Position numbers and translations under genes: made by a program | The notes under the pieces: model-generated | Seen by the model: only the letters and a program-made list of their open reading frames with translations | What the model was told of the DNA's origin: nothing | The model's database searches: none | Source: an uncultured Phycisphaerales bacterium | GTDB taxonomy: Bacteria; Planctomycetota; Phycisphaerae; Tepidisphaerales; Tepidisphaeraceae | Reading direction: 5' to 3' | Length of the DNA: 64,000 nucleotides | Assembly (NCBI GenBank): GCA_963755915.1 | Contig: CAVWLP010000002.1 | Span: forward strand, 640,001-704,000 | Part shown: piece by piece, positions 22,097 to 34,098 of the stretch | How positions within the stretch are numbered: the first letter of the stretch is position 1 | Layout: every line of letters begins with the position of its first letter

Positions 22097-24394
22097 TCAA
22101 ACCTGTGACCCAACGTCTTCCGAACGCGCCGCGACAATAGCGGTGTCGTTGCCCGCATGACTGTTTCCGTTTCCTGCCCCACTGCCATTGCCCCCCCCAT
22201 TTCCTCCGTTGCCATTCCCCCCATTGCCGTTGCCCGCAAGTGCACCGCCGTGCCGTCACGGCTCGTTGGCGCTGGTGCAAGGCCACATCGTAGAAATTCG
22301 TCATATGACTGGGCCGCGACAGATGGCTCGCGGTCACGTCGTTTACCACGTACCCCATCATGTTGGCGTTGACCGATGTCAGGGCCTCGCGTGCCCGCTC
22401 GGCGATCCGCCGGATCGATTTGTTGGCCCGAAGCACCAGGATCGTCGCGTCGCACGACGCGGCAAGGATCGCGCATCGGCGAAGGGCATGATCGGCGGTG
22501 AGTCGATCAGAACCTGGTCATATTCCGATCCCGCCGCCTGGAGCAGATCAAGAAACGCGTCGCTGTTGAGCAGATCGGCCGGGTTCAGCGGCACGGGCCC
22601 GCACGCGAGGACTTCGAGTCCGCTGATTTTCGTCCGTTGGACCGCTTCGCGCAGGGTTGCACTACCGCTGATCACGCTGGTGACCCCGATTTCGTTGCTC
22701 AGATCAAAGGTCCGATGGAGATCGGGATGCCGCCAGTTGGCGTCGATCAGGAGCACGCGCCGGTCGCTCTGCGCAACCGCGATGGCCAGGTTGCTCGCCA
22801 GCAGCGATTTTCCGTCGCCCGAGGCGGGGGAAGTAATCAGGATGGTCTTGGTATGCTCGCGGGTGCGGAAGCCAAAGTGAATCGCAGTTCGCAATGTGCG
22901 GAACGCCTCGGCAGCGTCCGATCGCGGGCGAAGCTGAACTTCCAGCCCGCGCTTTGCCGTCGACGATCGCGACGAAATCCGGGGAACCATTCCAAGTTCC
23001 GGCAAGCCCAGCAGGGTGGAGAATTCCTCGAGCGAGCGAACCCGCTGGTCGAGCATTTCACGCACGAACCCCAGGCACAGGCCAAGGATCAAACCTGCGA
23101 TAACCCCTTCACCCAATGCCTGTGCCCGGCGCGGCCGCACCGGAATCGGGCCGGGCGTCGCGGCCTCGAGAACCGATACCGTGAGCGCACCGACGTTTTC
23201 CGTGACGTTCACTTCCTTCATCCGGCTGTCGAGAAGATCCAGCTCCGCTTCGATCCGCCGAACTTCTTCGTTCATCTGGTCGTATTCGATCCCCTTGAGA
23301 TTGCTGTCGACCGCCAGGTGACTCTCGGTGATTTCCTGCGCTTTCAGTTCCAGGACGCGCCGATTCTCGACCCGAAGCAGATCCGTGAGATCGCCGAAGA
23401 TTTCCCCCCCAAGCCGCTCAAGGCGGCCCAACTTTTCGATCACCTGGTTGTTTTGAGATCCCAGGCTGTCCGTCAGATCACCCAGGTCCCGCCGCGTCGT
23501 TTCATATTCCTGGATTAAAAGAGGATCCAGGAGCCCCGCAAGACTGCTCAACTGAAGTTGATTGAACAAATGCCCGATCCCCACCTGGTTGGTTGGGTTT
23601 CCCCGGGCCAGCGAGGTCAGATATTCCAGCTCACTTACGGTCTGCTGAGCCTGCAAAAGGTTCGACCTCACCACGGAAAGATGATCCATGGCCGCGGTGC
23701 CCATCCCCGTCTGGAACGACATTTCCGGATTTGCCTTGCGGAAATCCTCGAGACTGCGCTCTACTTTCGCCAGTTCCGCTTCATGCCGGTCCATTTCCTG
23801 CTGGAGGATGTTCAGCACTTCTACCGCCGTCGAGCGGTGCTGTTTGCTTTGATACTCGATGTACGATTGAACGACGCCATTGACGATATCCGCCGCATCT
23901 TGAGGATCGGTTGATTCCATCGACACCGTGGCAAGATTCGCCTGCTTGCCCGGCTCGGCAGTCACCGTCCCCTTGAGGAATCCCACCGGATCGGTCATTC
24001 CCTCCAGCACGTGAGCGTGCGCCACGACAGGCAATTGCGCTGCGCTGCTCAGGTTGGCGGTCGAAGTGATCACCTGGCATTGCGTATACAGGTATCCGCC
24101 CGGAACCGAGTCGTCTTCGCTCAACTGGTCGTTGATGGCCTTGGGAACCGACTGCTGGATGTAAACGACGGCACTGCTGCTGTAGATGGGCGTCGCGTGT
24201 TCGAGATAAAAGAAGCTTCCGATGATGGAGGCAACCAGACATGCGGCGATCAGCCATCGCTGCCGCCAAACGATCGTGAGAATCCCGACCGAAGTTCGAC
24301 CGGGATCACCGGCGTGGTTCGACGAAACGACGATCTTCGACGGCCGCTGCGTCGCCAGCGCCAGGCTGGTTTCAAACCGCTGTGAATTTAGCAT
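22097..24394 (-). CDS. wzc: Wzc-type polysaccharide copolymerase / BY-kinase (frameshifts near the C-terminus, Gly/Asn tail)
   Basis: Wzz-like N-terminal TM, coiled coil, AEAFRTLRT, SPASGDGKS Walker A, LLIDAN, VLIDSPP. Confidence 0.85.
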
Positions 24395-25513
24395 TTCATT
24401 CCCTACTCGAATCGCAAAAGACTACGTCTGTCCAACACTACAGGATGTTTTAAACCGGGAGTCCTTGCGGTCGCAGGCTGTTTGCCCATCCCCGAGCGGT
24501 TCTTCGAACACCCACGGCGGTTGTCAAAAGGTCAGACCCAACCTGCCACCTGAATAATCCCGCTGCCGGCCATCGTGCCGTCTTTCGCGCCGATCCACTG
24601 AATGAATACCCGCCCCGAAAAGCCAGACCCGGCGCACGGCATGCGAAATGACTTTGTTTCTGCAACGAGAAATCCAGCGGGAAACATATGACCGCTGATT
24701 CTGCCCCGAATGTCGGCACGAAATCTCCGAGACTTCGCGCTGGAACATCGGCGCTGCGATAAAGATTCAAGCCCCGAACCGCAGAAAGGTCGAAAAATGA
24801 TCAACGAAACCGCGACTGTGCGCGGAAATGCATTCCCAGCATGCCGACCTTCACCCTCTTAACATTCTTACCCGACGGTGAAGGGCGTCGCATGATCACC
24901 CACTGATTCTTCCACAAACACGGATTCGAAAAGCCCGAACCGCATCACTCCTTGTTTTGATTCAACTGCTTCACCTCCAAAGTTAAACGTGAAATAGAGC
25001 CCAACTGCTCCTTTTCCAAAAGGACACCCGACTTGTTCAATCGTTCACAACGATGTGGGCGCTTTTCACTTAAGCACTCAACGCGCCAATGCGTCCATTC
25101 ACCCAGACTTAAATGCAAATCTCAGACCGTTATAGCACTATTTGTCTCTCCGGCCGCAGATTTTGCGCATTGCAAATACATCGGCCCAGCCCAAAGCCCC
25201 CGGGGCACGCCGCTGCAAACGCCAATATCCGCGATAAAAAGCCAAGCAGAAATGAATTGTCAAAAATCGCGCAAGCACCGCTTGAGGAATATGAATTAGA
25301 ATTCGAATTGCGTGAAAGTGGAGTCTGAGGCGGCGTAAAAGGTACGCTCGAAAACGCCGCGGCTATCGGATTGCAAGCAAAGTAGGCAGACATTTGTCCC
25401 TTCCCAAATCAATCAGGCGAAACTATATCGCTCGAAAATCATATGTGTCAAGCAATATATCCCAACGGGACGCATTTGATTTCGAATCAGCTTCGAATTT
25501 TTCCGGCGCTGAT

Positions 25514-27298
25514 TCAGTACAAACCCACGCGCGGCATTCTCCCGCGCAACCATTCACTCCTGCTTAAGAGCGCACTGTCGAATTGTTCAGACATACCCGA
25601 CCGAAGTTCGGGCAATTGCGCAATTTTGGATTCACCAACTTGCCCCAAGTGCATCTGCGCCGGAAATGGCGTGATTGACCGCACATAGAACCCGGAATCA
25701 TCCTCCCACGAGACCGACCCGCTCGGCTCCGCCTCCGACATCAGTTTGTCCAGGGTCGGTACCACCATTGGTGGGCTCTGCAACCCAAACAAATCCCCAT
25801 ATCCGAGGTACATCCGGCTCAGAAGCAGCCAGGCCTGATATCCCTGCGGCATGTTCCGCGGAAGATCGTTGAACTGGAAGCTGCCGAATTGCGCGGGCGC
25901 CCAGTTCCTTCATTACTGTCTGGTATCGCGGATTATCGAGAATCGACTTCCCATCCGGCTGCCGATTGATCGCGGCCACAATGATCTGCGGATAAAGCGC
26001 GCCATACCACCGCCCATCCTTGATCGCCCAAGACGGAGAAATGAACGGCGTCGCCAGATAATGCACGGTCACGCCGTTGCTCGTGAACTGGCGAATTTCC
26101 AATGTCAGCTTGACGGTCGAATTCGACAGTTGCTGGCGAACCGCGACGTTCGCAATATTCTCCAGTGCCGTGAGCGATGTCTGCAACCGATCCGGATTAC
26201 GCGGCTGATTGATGATCGTCAACCCCAGCGCGCCGCGCCCGCGGTGGCGGGATCAACGTAATAACCCCACTGCGGCCCGATCGCTCCCAGAAAATCCTTC
26301 TGAAGATCAAACCCCAACATCTGACTGACCTGCTGGAGCGCCTGGTGGAATTGATTTGCCGTGTCCGGGCTGATCTGCTGTATGCCATTGTCGATCTGAG
26401 TGAAGAGCGCGCTCAGATCAACCGAACAGCCGCCGGCCATCGTCGCGGACATGGGAATGAGCGAGAGAAAATCCTGCCCGAGCGGCACATTCGCCGCGGG
26501 CGCGAACAATCCCGTTCGCGTTCCCGGCGCGGAAACAAAGAGGCGTGATCCCCAGTTTTTGCCGTCAAATCCGTCCGTCCCAATCGCATATTTGAGCCCG
26601 CCCAATCCCAGCGCATCGCGAATCTGCGGCCACATCGCCGCCGATTGCTGCGGCGCGAACTTCTCGACCAGCCCATCGGTCGTTTTCAAAAGCGCCGCAC
26701 CATCCACGTACATCGCCACCACCGGGTCACTCAATCCGTGCGACATCGCATCCTGGAACTGGGCGTTTTGCGCCAGCGGGTCGGACGGATGTTCCGGATA
26801 ATCAAACGTCGCAACCACCAACAGCGTTCCGAATGTCTGAAGGCGCAGCGGCGTGCCTTGCGGGGCTTGCGAAATGATTTGGGACACCTTCTGCGAAAGC
26901 GCGGCCGCGTCATCCCCGGCATCGCACAGGATCGCGATCCTGGGGACGGGCTGGCCAGTCGCCGGCAGATCCACGCCCCCAAAATAAATTGCCGTCGGGT
27001 GATGCAGGACGGACATCGCCAGGTTCATCACCAGCCGCGCCTGCTGGGCCGCGTCCTCATCGCCGCTGGTGAGCGAATCGACCAGTCTTGGAATCGAATC
27101 CGAAAAGAGCTGCGAAAGCTGGGACGCGTCCATCACCGCTTTCAGATGCGAATTCGCATATCCCGCCCCGAGGTCATCCGACCCCTTGCACCCGATAAAA
27201 ATCTGCGCATCGGCGGGGATTCGATCGGCCAGTGTTTGCGAAAAGGCCGCGACAGGGGTGACGAGGATCGCCAGTAAGGCTACAATGGTTGCCCGCAT
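25514..27298 (-). CDS. Exported hypothetical protein (frameshifts at ~26230 and ~25880)
   Basis: Signal-peptide-like MRATIVALLAILVTPVAAFSQ at 27298. Continues through ORFs 25698..26222 and 25514..25852. Confidence 0.65.
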
Positions 27299-29593
27299 AG
27301 TCTTCTCCAAAAAGGATGGGCACGAATTTTCTTCGAGAGATCTACAAACATCTTGCCGCGCCCTTCCAGCAGCCGCAAGGGGCGGGTATGAGCCGGTCCT
27401 CGCCGGCTCGGCGACACGGCGCTCACCAGGAAAATCGCGGCGATTCCAATCGTCAGCCATCCCAGGTCGGGATGCATGCGGTTCACGATGCCGTGGGTCA
27501 GCGGCGCGATTTCGACCGGCCCGCGCATGACGCGCACAAAAAACGTAATGCATCCGATCACCGTCAGCACCAGGTGCCAGAGGGACATGCGCACGGAAAC
27601 GGCGACCATGATCGCGGTCATCGCGGCCGGAAACATCGGATACCGGGCCGACATCTGCGTGAGAATCGCCGGGAAAATCACCCACGGCGAAATAATCGCG
27701 ATGAGGAAATGCGGATCGCCCCGCCGCAGATGAATCGCCGCCCCAACGCCGCACAGAAATACGCACAAAAAGAAAACCGCCCCCAGGAACTGGCGCATGT
27801 CCGGCTCGATCGGACTGGTATTCAGCGGCGTCTGAAGCGAACCGACGGGATCATGCACGCCCCAGTCAAATCGCTCGTGCAAAATCGCCGCCAGGTTGCT
27901 CAGCGATTCGTTCCCGATTTCCATCTGCGTGTGCTTGATCGTGCCAAACTCAAATCCCACGTCCCACCAGGAGAATTTTCCTCCCAAGCTAAACGCTGTC
28001 AGCCATAGTGAAATCGTAAACACAACCGCGAGCCAAAAGGCAATAAACTGCCGCGGCATGATCCAGGGCAGCACGAGAATCGCCGCGGAAAATAAAATCA
28101 GCACGCATCTCGCGCCCCACCCGACTCGCCCAGACGCGCAACACGAGCAAGGCCGCGCAAAGCATCGCGATCCCAACCGCCGCTGAAACGACCCAGCAGA
28201 GAACCTCCGGCGCGGCTTCGTCGGATGGCTTGCGCCGAATCCGCCGCATCGTCCATGGCAAAACCTCCCGCAAATATCCCGCGATCGGCTCGTGGAAAAA
28301 CGAGAGCAGTACCACCATCACCGCCGCAAAAACCGTCGCAAAAATATAGCTTGATGCAAAGGGCGAAGTCACCAGCCACGGCCAGACGCAAATCCCCGCC
28401 CCCATCGCCATACCGACGACGATCCGCAAAAACCGCATCGGCCAACCTGCGATGAGCGGCGCAAGCACCAGCACCGGCGCGGCGAACAATATCTGCCCCT
28501 TGAACATGCAGCCGATGCCGATCAAAACCCCCGCCGCGAACCACCCATTCACCGAAACCAGGATCGCCGCTCCGAAGAAAGCGGGGAAAATCCACGGATC
28601 CCACTGCGGCCACCCGTGGCTGTCGATGATGATCGCCGGATTCAGCCAGAAAAATGTCGCCGCCACGATTCCACACACCGGCCCTCGAAAAGGCGATGGT
28701 AGAAACCGTGCCAGCGCGACCACCGACACAAACTTCAGCATAACAAACAGCCACCAGGCAAGGCTCGTAAACCGCTCGTCAATCGGCCCTGTCGCAGGCG
28801 CGGGAAGATAAACCGACCAGTTGACGTATCGAGACAGAACCGCACAAATCCCCAGGGCCGCTACGGGCAGCAAAAGCATCGGATCGCCCCACCCGCCGCC
28901 GTCGAACTTCGCGCCGCGCTGCACCCAGATCCAAACGAGCAAAACAATTTCCAGCGCCCCAACGGCCGTGCAGGCGGTATTGCTTGTCAGCAGCGGCCGG
29001 GCAACCTCGTCGGTCACAAGGCGTGTCTTGCCGGTCGCGGGATCATGAAAGATCTGGGGCCGAAATGGAAATCGCGTCAACCCGGGAAATTCCCCCTGCA
29101 CGTGCCAGGTCCAGAGCGTCACGGCCAGCAGGCGCAGGGGCGGATAATCCATCGCCTCCACCCGGTCGGGATAGGGATGGTCGTAATCCCCGACCCAGGC
29201 CTGAATGATCTGCCCGTACACCGGCCGCAAACGTCGCCAGCGCTCGAGGAGATTGTGCAAATTCAGCGGCGGATCGAGCAGCCCGGGTCCGGGAGTGCCG
29301 ACCGTCGCAGAACCTGGCGACGATATTTCTTCCGCGCTTCGCAGGAGCGCATCCGAATGCACGAGCGCATTCTGAATGTCATCGACGCGATAGGCCACCC
29401 AATAGGCCCAGAAATCTTCTCGCACCTGGACGCCAATCACCGCGACCTGATGGGCGAACCAGATCAGCAGGATTGCCACGACAATGGTTGCGCCAAGCAG
29501 GGACAGATTTCCGCGAAGCGGGATGCTCTTGCGGCCCCGCGATGAGCCTGTCGCTTCCAAAACCGTAACCGATAGTTGGTTCCCCTGGCTCAT
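27280..29593 (-). CDS. Large polytopic membrane protein, GT-C-fold glycosyltransferase-like (frameshift at ~28110)
   Basis: MDYPPL motif, LNPAIIIDSHGWPQWD, many TM segments. Confidence 0.55.
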
Positions 29594-29693
29594 TGGCGTG
29601 CCGCCAGTGTACACGCTGTTGGTCCACTGTCGTGCTTCCGCCAATCAATTTCGGCCCGCTCACATTCCTGGCCGGAATCGTCTGCAATTCACG

Positions 29694-31134
29694 CTACAGC
29701 CCGTCGGTCGGCGTTTGCGGGCGAACCCCGATTGAAATCTCCGTTCCATCCGCCCCATGAGCCATGAAGCAAATTCCCGTATCTCCCTTCTGGAAACGGA
29801 TCGGTCCCACCTCCCCAAAAATTTCCGTCGGGGCCTGCGCCAAATACGCCGGAACCAGATCACCAAGGGAATTGGGCCAGGCGCCCTTATCCTGCGCGAT
29901 ACTGCGCGGCCGCGACCAGCGCGCGCGTCATTTGATCTTCCAGCAACTCGGCGCGGCAACGGTCCTCGCATTTCCAGGTGCTGGGCGATGTGGCACTGAT
30001 AATCATGTCGGCGATGCGCTGGCTATAGGCGTCCCTGGTTTCCCCGGGCTGCGGCGCGAGGGTGGGCTGGGCAGCGGCGGCGTTTCGCATGGCGCTGATT
30101 CCAAGATCGAACAATTGGCGAGCGACCACTTCGTCGCGAACGGAGGGTGATTGCAGAATCTTCCGCATCTGGTCCAGCGTGCCGTTGATCGTCCGCATGA
30201 CCGAATCCCAGTCCACCGAGCCCCGATCGATTTGCCGAATACGCCTCAGGAACCGGGCATCATTGCCGGTCCAGGACTGGAAAAGATCGGTTCTGCCCAG
30301 GGCGATCCATTGCGCAAAGTCGAGCATGCTCCAGCGTTCGCCCGAGTCCTCGGCGTCCCATAGCGGGGTCGGCGGCGGCACGCTGTCTAACGCTGCGGCG
30401 AGCTTGGCGCACTGGCGCTGGAAAATATCCCGGTTCCCACGGCAGCACCGATCGCTCGGTCCGCCAGATAATCATTGGCCGCGTCAACCAGGTGGCCGAG
30501 GTAGGTGTACCCATCGCAGCGCCGGGTAAGGCGCTTCGCCGCGATCACGTCGGCGAGGAATCCGTCGAAATCGGCCTGGTTGGCCCGCAGAAGGGCGCGG
30601 GCACAAAGCGCGTTCGACATTAGCCGAATTTGATTGAGCTCCGGCAGAAGGACCATGGCGAACGTCCCGTTGATGGAGACGGCCGGCGCCACCACTGGGG
30701 CTTCGCCGCGGCCTGCTCGGCCAAATCCAGCCAGGGCTTCTGGTTGGTGAGATAATCGGCGTAAGCGGGAAAATCGGCCGCCTTCCACAAATGCTCCTCC
30801 GACTGATCAAACGGGCCTGTCCCGCCGAAGTCCTTCCATGTGGAATCATTTTGGGTCAGATTCGCCGCTCCGAGCAGAACGATTGTTTTTGCGAGCCAGC
30901 TTCGCGGAAATTCCTTTGGACCGACGGCTCGAATGTAATCGATGAATCCATTTTTATCCGGAGTCACGCGTTGCCCAAAGCGGGCATTGAGGGCGGCCAC
31001 ATAATCGACGCTGCCATCCTGCGCAGCGGCCCGGTGATCGCGGTTGTCTCAGGCGAAACCGTAAACGGAGGGTTGGCAATTGCCGCGGCCGAGGAAACGA
31101 GCAGGCAAAAAACTGCCGGGAAAGTAATTTTCAT
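29694..31134 (-). CDS. Exported hypothetical protein (several frameshifts)
   Basis: Signal peptide MKITFPAVFCLLVSSAAAIA. Fragments (VDYVAALN, ALCARALLRA, RALVAAAQY, WPNSLGDLVPAYL) chain across frames. Confidence 0.6.
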
Positions 31135-31220
31135 AATCGAATCCTGCCTCACCTCATATGACGTAATCCCTGACAATTCTTGCTGGATTGGATTAGATCA
31201 ACCCGCCGGGGGGTTATATA

Positions 31221-32300
31221 GTGATGCAAATGCTCAAGAAACCGTTACTGGCCGGGGGGCTGCTTGCAGGGGTGCTTTCCCTCGCAGCCTGGGGCCAGGC
31301 GCCTGCGACCCGCCGCTCTCCTGACGCCATCGTCGCCGATATGGCATCGACCACCGACCAGTTGCAACAGATGTTGCTTGGCGATCCGCTTGAATCGGCC
31401 GAATCCCGCCAAAAGGCCGCGCCGCAGATGATGCCGCTGATCAACCACGTTCTGTCGCTGATCGATGAGCTACAGGTATCGCAGCCGGGCGGCAAGGCCG
31501 AACTCGATGCATCAAAGATGCAGTTCTACACGCTTGCGGCCATCCTCGACGATCCGACTCAGATCGCGGGTCTGAAAACAATTGCCGCCGGAACGGATCT
31601 CGACGCCACCCGCGCCAAGGCCGAGCTGGCGATCGCCGATTTCGACAAGGCCGACAGCGACCCCGAGAGAAACAAAGCCCTCGACCGGTTCGACGCCGCC
31701 GTCCTCGCCGCCCCCGGCGACGACCCCATATTGAATCTGCTTACCAGCGCGACTCTGGATTCGTCCGGCTCTGCTTCCATTTATCAGCACCTGCTCAAAA
31801 TCGTAAAGGACGACGCCTCAGCGGCATCGGCCGACGAGTTGAACATCTTTTACGCCAGTCAATTGCAGCAGCTGCAAATGGTCGGCAAACCTCTCACCGT
31901 CGAAGGGCCAACCCTTGGCGGTCAGAACTTCTCGAGCGCCCAGTGGACAGGTAAAGTAATCCTCGTCGATTTCTGGGCTACCTGGTGTCCCCAGTGCATC
32001 GCCGAAATGCCCAAGGTCAGGAAACTATTCGCCGACTATCACGACAAGGGCCTGGAAGTCCTCGGGGTCAACAACGACAGCAGCGGCGATGACGTGAAAA
32101 AATTTCTCGCCCAGAACCCCAATATGTCCTGGCCCCAGCTTTACGATCAAAAAGGCACGGGCTGGAATCCCATCGCGGTTTCCTACGGTATTCAGCGGTT
32201 GCCCGCGATGTACCTGATCGACCGGAAAGGGATTTTGCGCACAGTGGAGGCCGAGGGCCAGTTGGAGCAACTGATTCCAAAGCTCCTTGCGGAGAAATAG
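31221..32300 (+). CDS. TlpA-like disulfide reductase / redoxin with N-terminal helical domain
   Basis: GKVILVDFWATWCPQC (CxxC) ... YGIQRLPAMYLIDRKG. Has a signal peptide. Confidence 0.9.
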   Translation: MMQMLKKPLLAGGLLAGVLSLAAWGQAPATRRSPDAIVADMASTTDQLQQMLLGDPLESAESRQKAAPQMMPLINHVLSLIDELQVSQPGGKAELDASKMQFYTLAAILDDPTQIAGLKTIAAGTDLDATRAKAELAIADFDKADSDPERNKALDRFDAAVLAAPGDDPILNLLTSATLDSSGSASIYQHLLKIVKDDASAASADELNIFYASQLQQLQMVGKPLTVEGPTLGGQNFSSAQWTGKVILVDFWATWCPQCIAEMPKVRKLFADYHDKGLEVLGVNNDSSGDDVKKFLAQNPNMSWPQLYDQKGTGWNPIAVSYGIQRLPAMYLIDRKGILRTVEAEGQLEQLIPKLLAEK

Positions 32301-32303
32301 GGA

Positions 32304-34076
32304 ATGCGGACCCCATCCCGCGCGATCGCAATTCTGCTGGTTGCAATCTGCGCTTCGGCACGCGCCGGCGACGTTCGAAAGCTGGTCTTCGACGGGGTGA
32401 TCTGCGAGCGAAAGATCGATCTCAAGGATCTTGGCCCGGATTTCACGCCGGACTGGTCCGGGGATTCCTATTTGGTCATGGAGATGCGCACGAGCAGTCC
32501 ACATCGGTTCGCCCTGTGGATCTACACGGATGACGGCCCGCGGAAGATCACGTTTCAACCGTTTGGGCAGAACGCGTGGATGCGCGCCTGCATTCCGCTG
32601 CAATGGTTCGAGGGGATGGACCACCAGGGGACCGACCTGGCGTCGGCATATAACCGCCGGTCGGCAACCTTCTGGGCGATGGTGGGCGGGCCGTTCGGCG
32701 AGCTGAAATCCGTTCGCGGGATCGGATTTCAGATGGACTATCCGATCGACCGCCCTACCCTCGAACTGCGAAACATCCACCTTGCAACGACGGATGAAGG
32801 CTCAAAGTTCCTTGAACCTGGGCCGGTGGTTGATGAATTCGGCCAATGGCGCTGGCTGACTGGCCGGAAAAAATCAAAAGCCGCAATCAGCTCGACCTGG
32901 AACTGGCGGCCGAGGCGAAGTCATGGGGAAGCGCCGCGGATTTCGGATACGACAAATTTAACGGCTACGCCGATACGCAGGCTCCCGCCACGGGATTTTT
33001 CCGGGTGGAGCAGATCGACGGCAAATGGTGGTTCGTCGATCCGCTGGGACACCTTTTTCTCTCCACTGGCATCAATGGCACGGGCGCGGATCGGCGCACG
33101 GCCCGCGCGTGCGGCGACGACGCAATCTATCAGCGCCGCGGGCATGGCGTGGATCAATCACCGGCTGGAATCCTGGGGGATGACGACCGGCGGGTTCGGG
33201 CGGCCCGTTACGCTTTTCCTCTACTGGCCTCTGGATCGGCAGACGACTTTCCTGGGCATTCCCGATGTTTATTCCGTCAGCTTCGCCGACCGAATCGACG
33301 CGGCGGCGAAAGAGCAATGCCTGCCACGGAAAGATGATCCGATGATCCTCGGGTATTTCGTCGGCAACGAACCGCCGTGGGGAGACCGGGAAGATGAGGT
33401 GGTGAAGATGATCCTCGCGGGTCCGGACACAGCCACCAAGGCGAAGCTCGAGGAATTTCTTGCCCAGGGAGATACACCGGCGCGGCGGCGGGAATTTGTG
33501 TCGGACGCGTTTAAGAAATATCTCGAACTGACCTGCGCGGCGACGAGAAAATATGATCCCAACCACCTGATCCTCGGCATTCGGTTCGGCGGGAATCCGT
33601 CGGACGCTATGCTCCGGCTCGGCAGCGCCTTCGACGTTTGCAGCATCAACATCTACGAGTATGAACCCACCCGGCAGATTCACCGCGCTTATCGGCTGAC
33701 CGGCCGGCCGGTGCTTATCGGGGAATTTCATATCGGCGTTCCGGCCAACGGCCTGGGGGCGGGACTTGTGCAGGCGGTGGACCAGTCGGAGCGGGCGAAC
33801 GGGTATCGGTATTACGTCGAGCAGTCGGCGTCGTTGGACGAATTTCTCGGGGCTTACTGGTTCGAGTGGCGCGACGAGCCGGTCCTGGGCCGGTTTGACG
33901 GGGAGAATTACAACATTGGGTTTATCGACGTGACGGATCGGCCTTATCCTGAGATGGTCGAGGCCGCGAAAGCGACGAACAAGGTTCTCAAGGACGTGCA
34001 TCTGGGTAATGTCGAGCCGTTCAATCAGCGGCCGATGGCGTCGGAAGTCGGCTCGCCGGCCACGCCATGGGACTGA
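32304..34076 (+). CDS. GH50 (beta-agarase-like) glycoside hydrolase (compensating frameshifts at ~32850-33100)
   Basis: VDEFGQW, ATGFFRVEQIDGKWWFVDPLG (other frame), GYFVGNE, LIGEFHIG, DGENYNIGFIDVTDRPY. Confidence 0.78.
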   Translation: MRTPSRAIAILLVAICASARAGDVRKLVFDGVICERKIDLKDLGPDFTPDWSGDSYLVMEMRTSSPHRFALWIYTDDGPRKITFQPFGQNAWMRACIPLQWFEGMDHQGTDLASAYNRRSATFWAMVGGPFGELKSVRGIGFQMDYPIDRPTLELRNIHLATTDEGSKFLEPGPVVDEFGQWRWLTGRKKSKAAISSTWNWRPRRSHGEAPRISDTTNLTATPIRRLPPRDFSGWSRSTANGGSSIRWDTFFSPLASMARARIGARPARAATTQSISAAGMAWINHRLESWGMTTGGFGRPVTLFLYWPLDRQTTFLGIPDVYSVSFADRIDAAAKEQCLPRKDDPMILGYFVGNEPPWGDREDEVVKMILAGPDTATKAKLEEFLAQGDTPARRREFVSDAFKKYLELTCAATRKYDPNHLILGIRFGGNPSDAMLRLGSAFDVCSINIYEYEPTRQIHRAYRLTGRPVLIGEFHIGVPANGLGAGLVQAVDQSERANGYRYYVEQSASLDEFLGAYWFEWRDEPVLGRFDGENYNIGFIDVTDRPYPEMVEAAKATNKVLKDVHLGNVEPFNQRPMASEVGSPATPWD

Positions 34077-34098
34077 ATTAATCGAGGAGAAAAAAATC

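Noticed and set aside
23816-23828. ops-like GGCGGTAG on the operon strand
   Set aside because: It lies inside the wzc coding sequence and lacks the nnTG ending.
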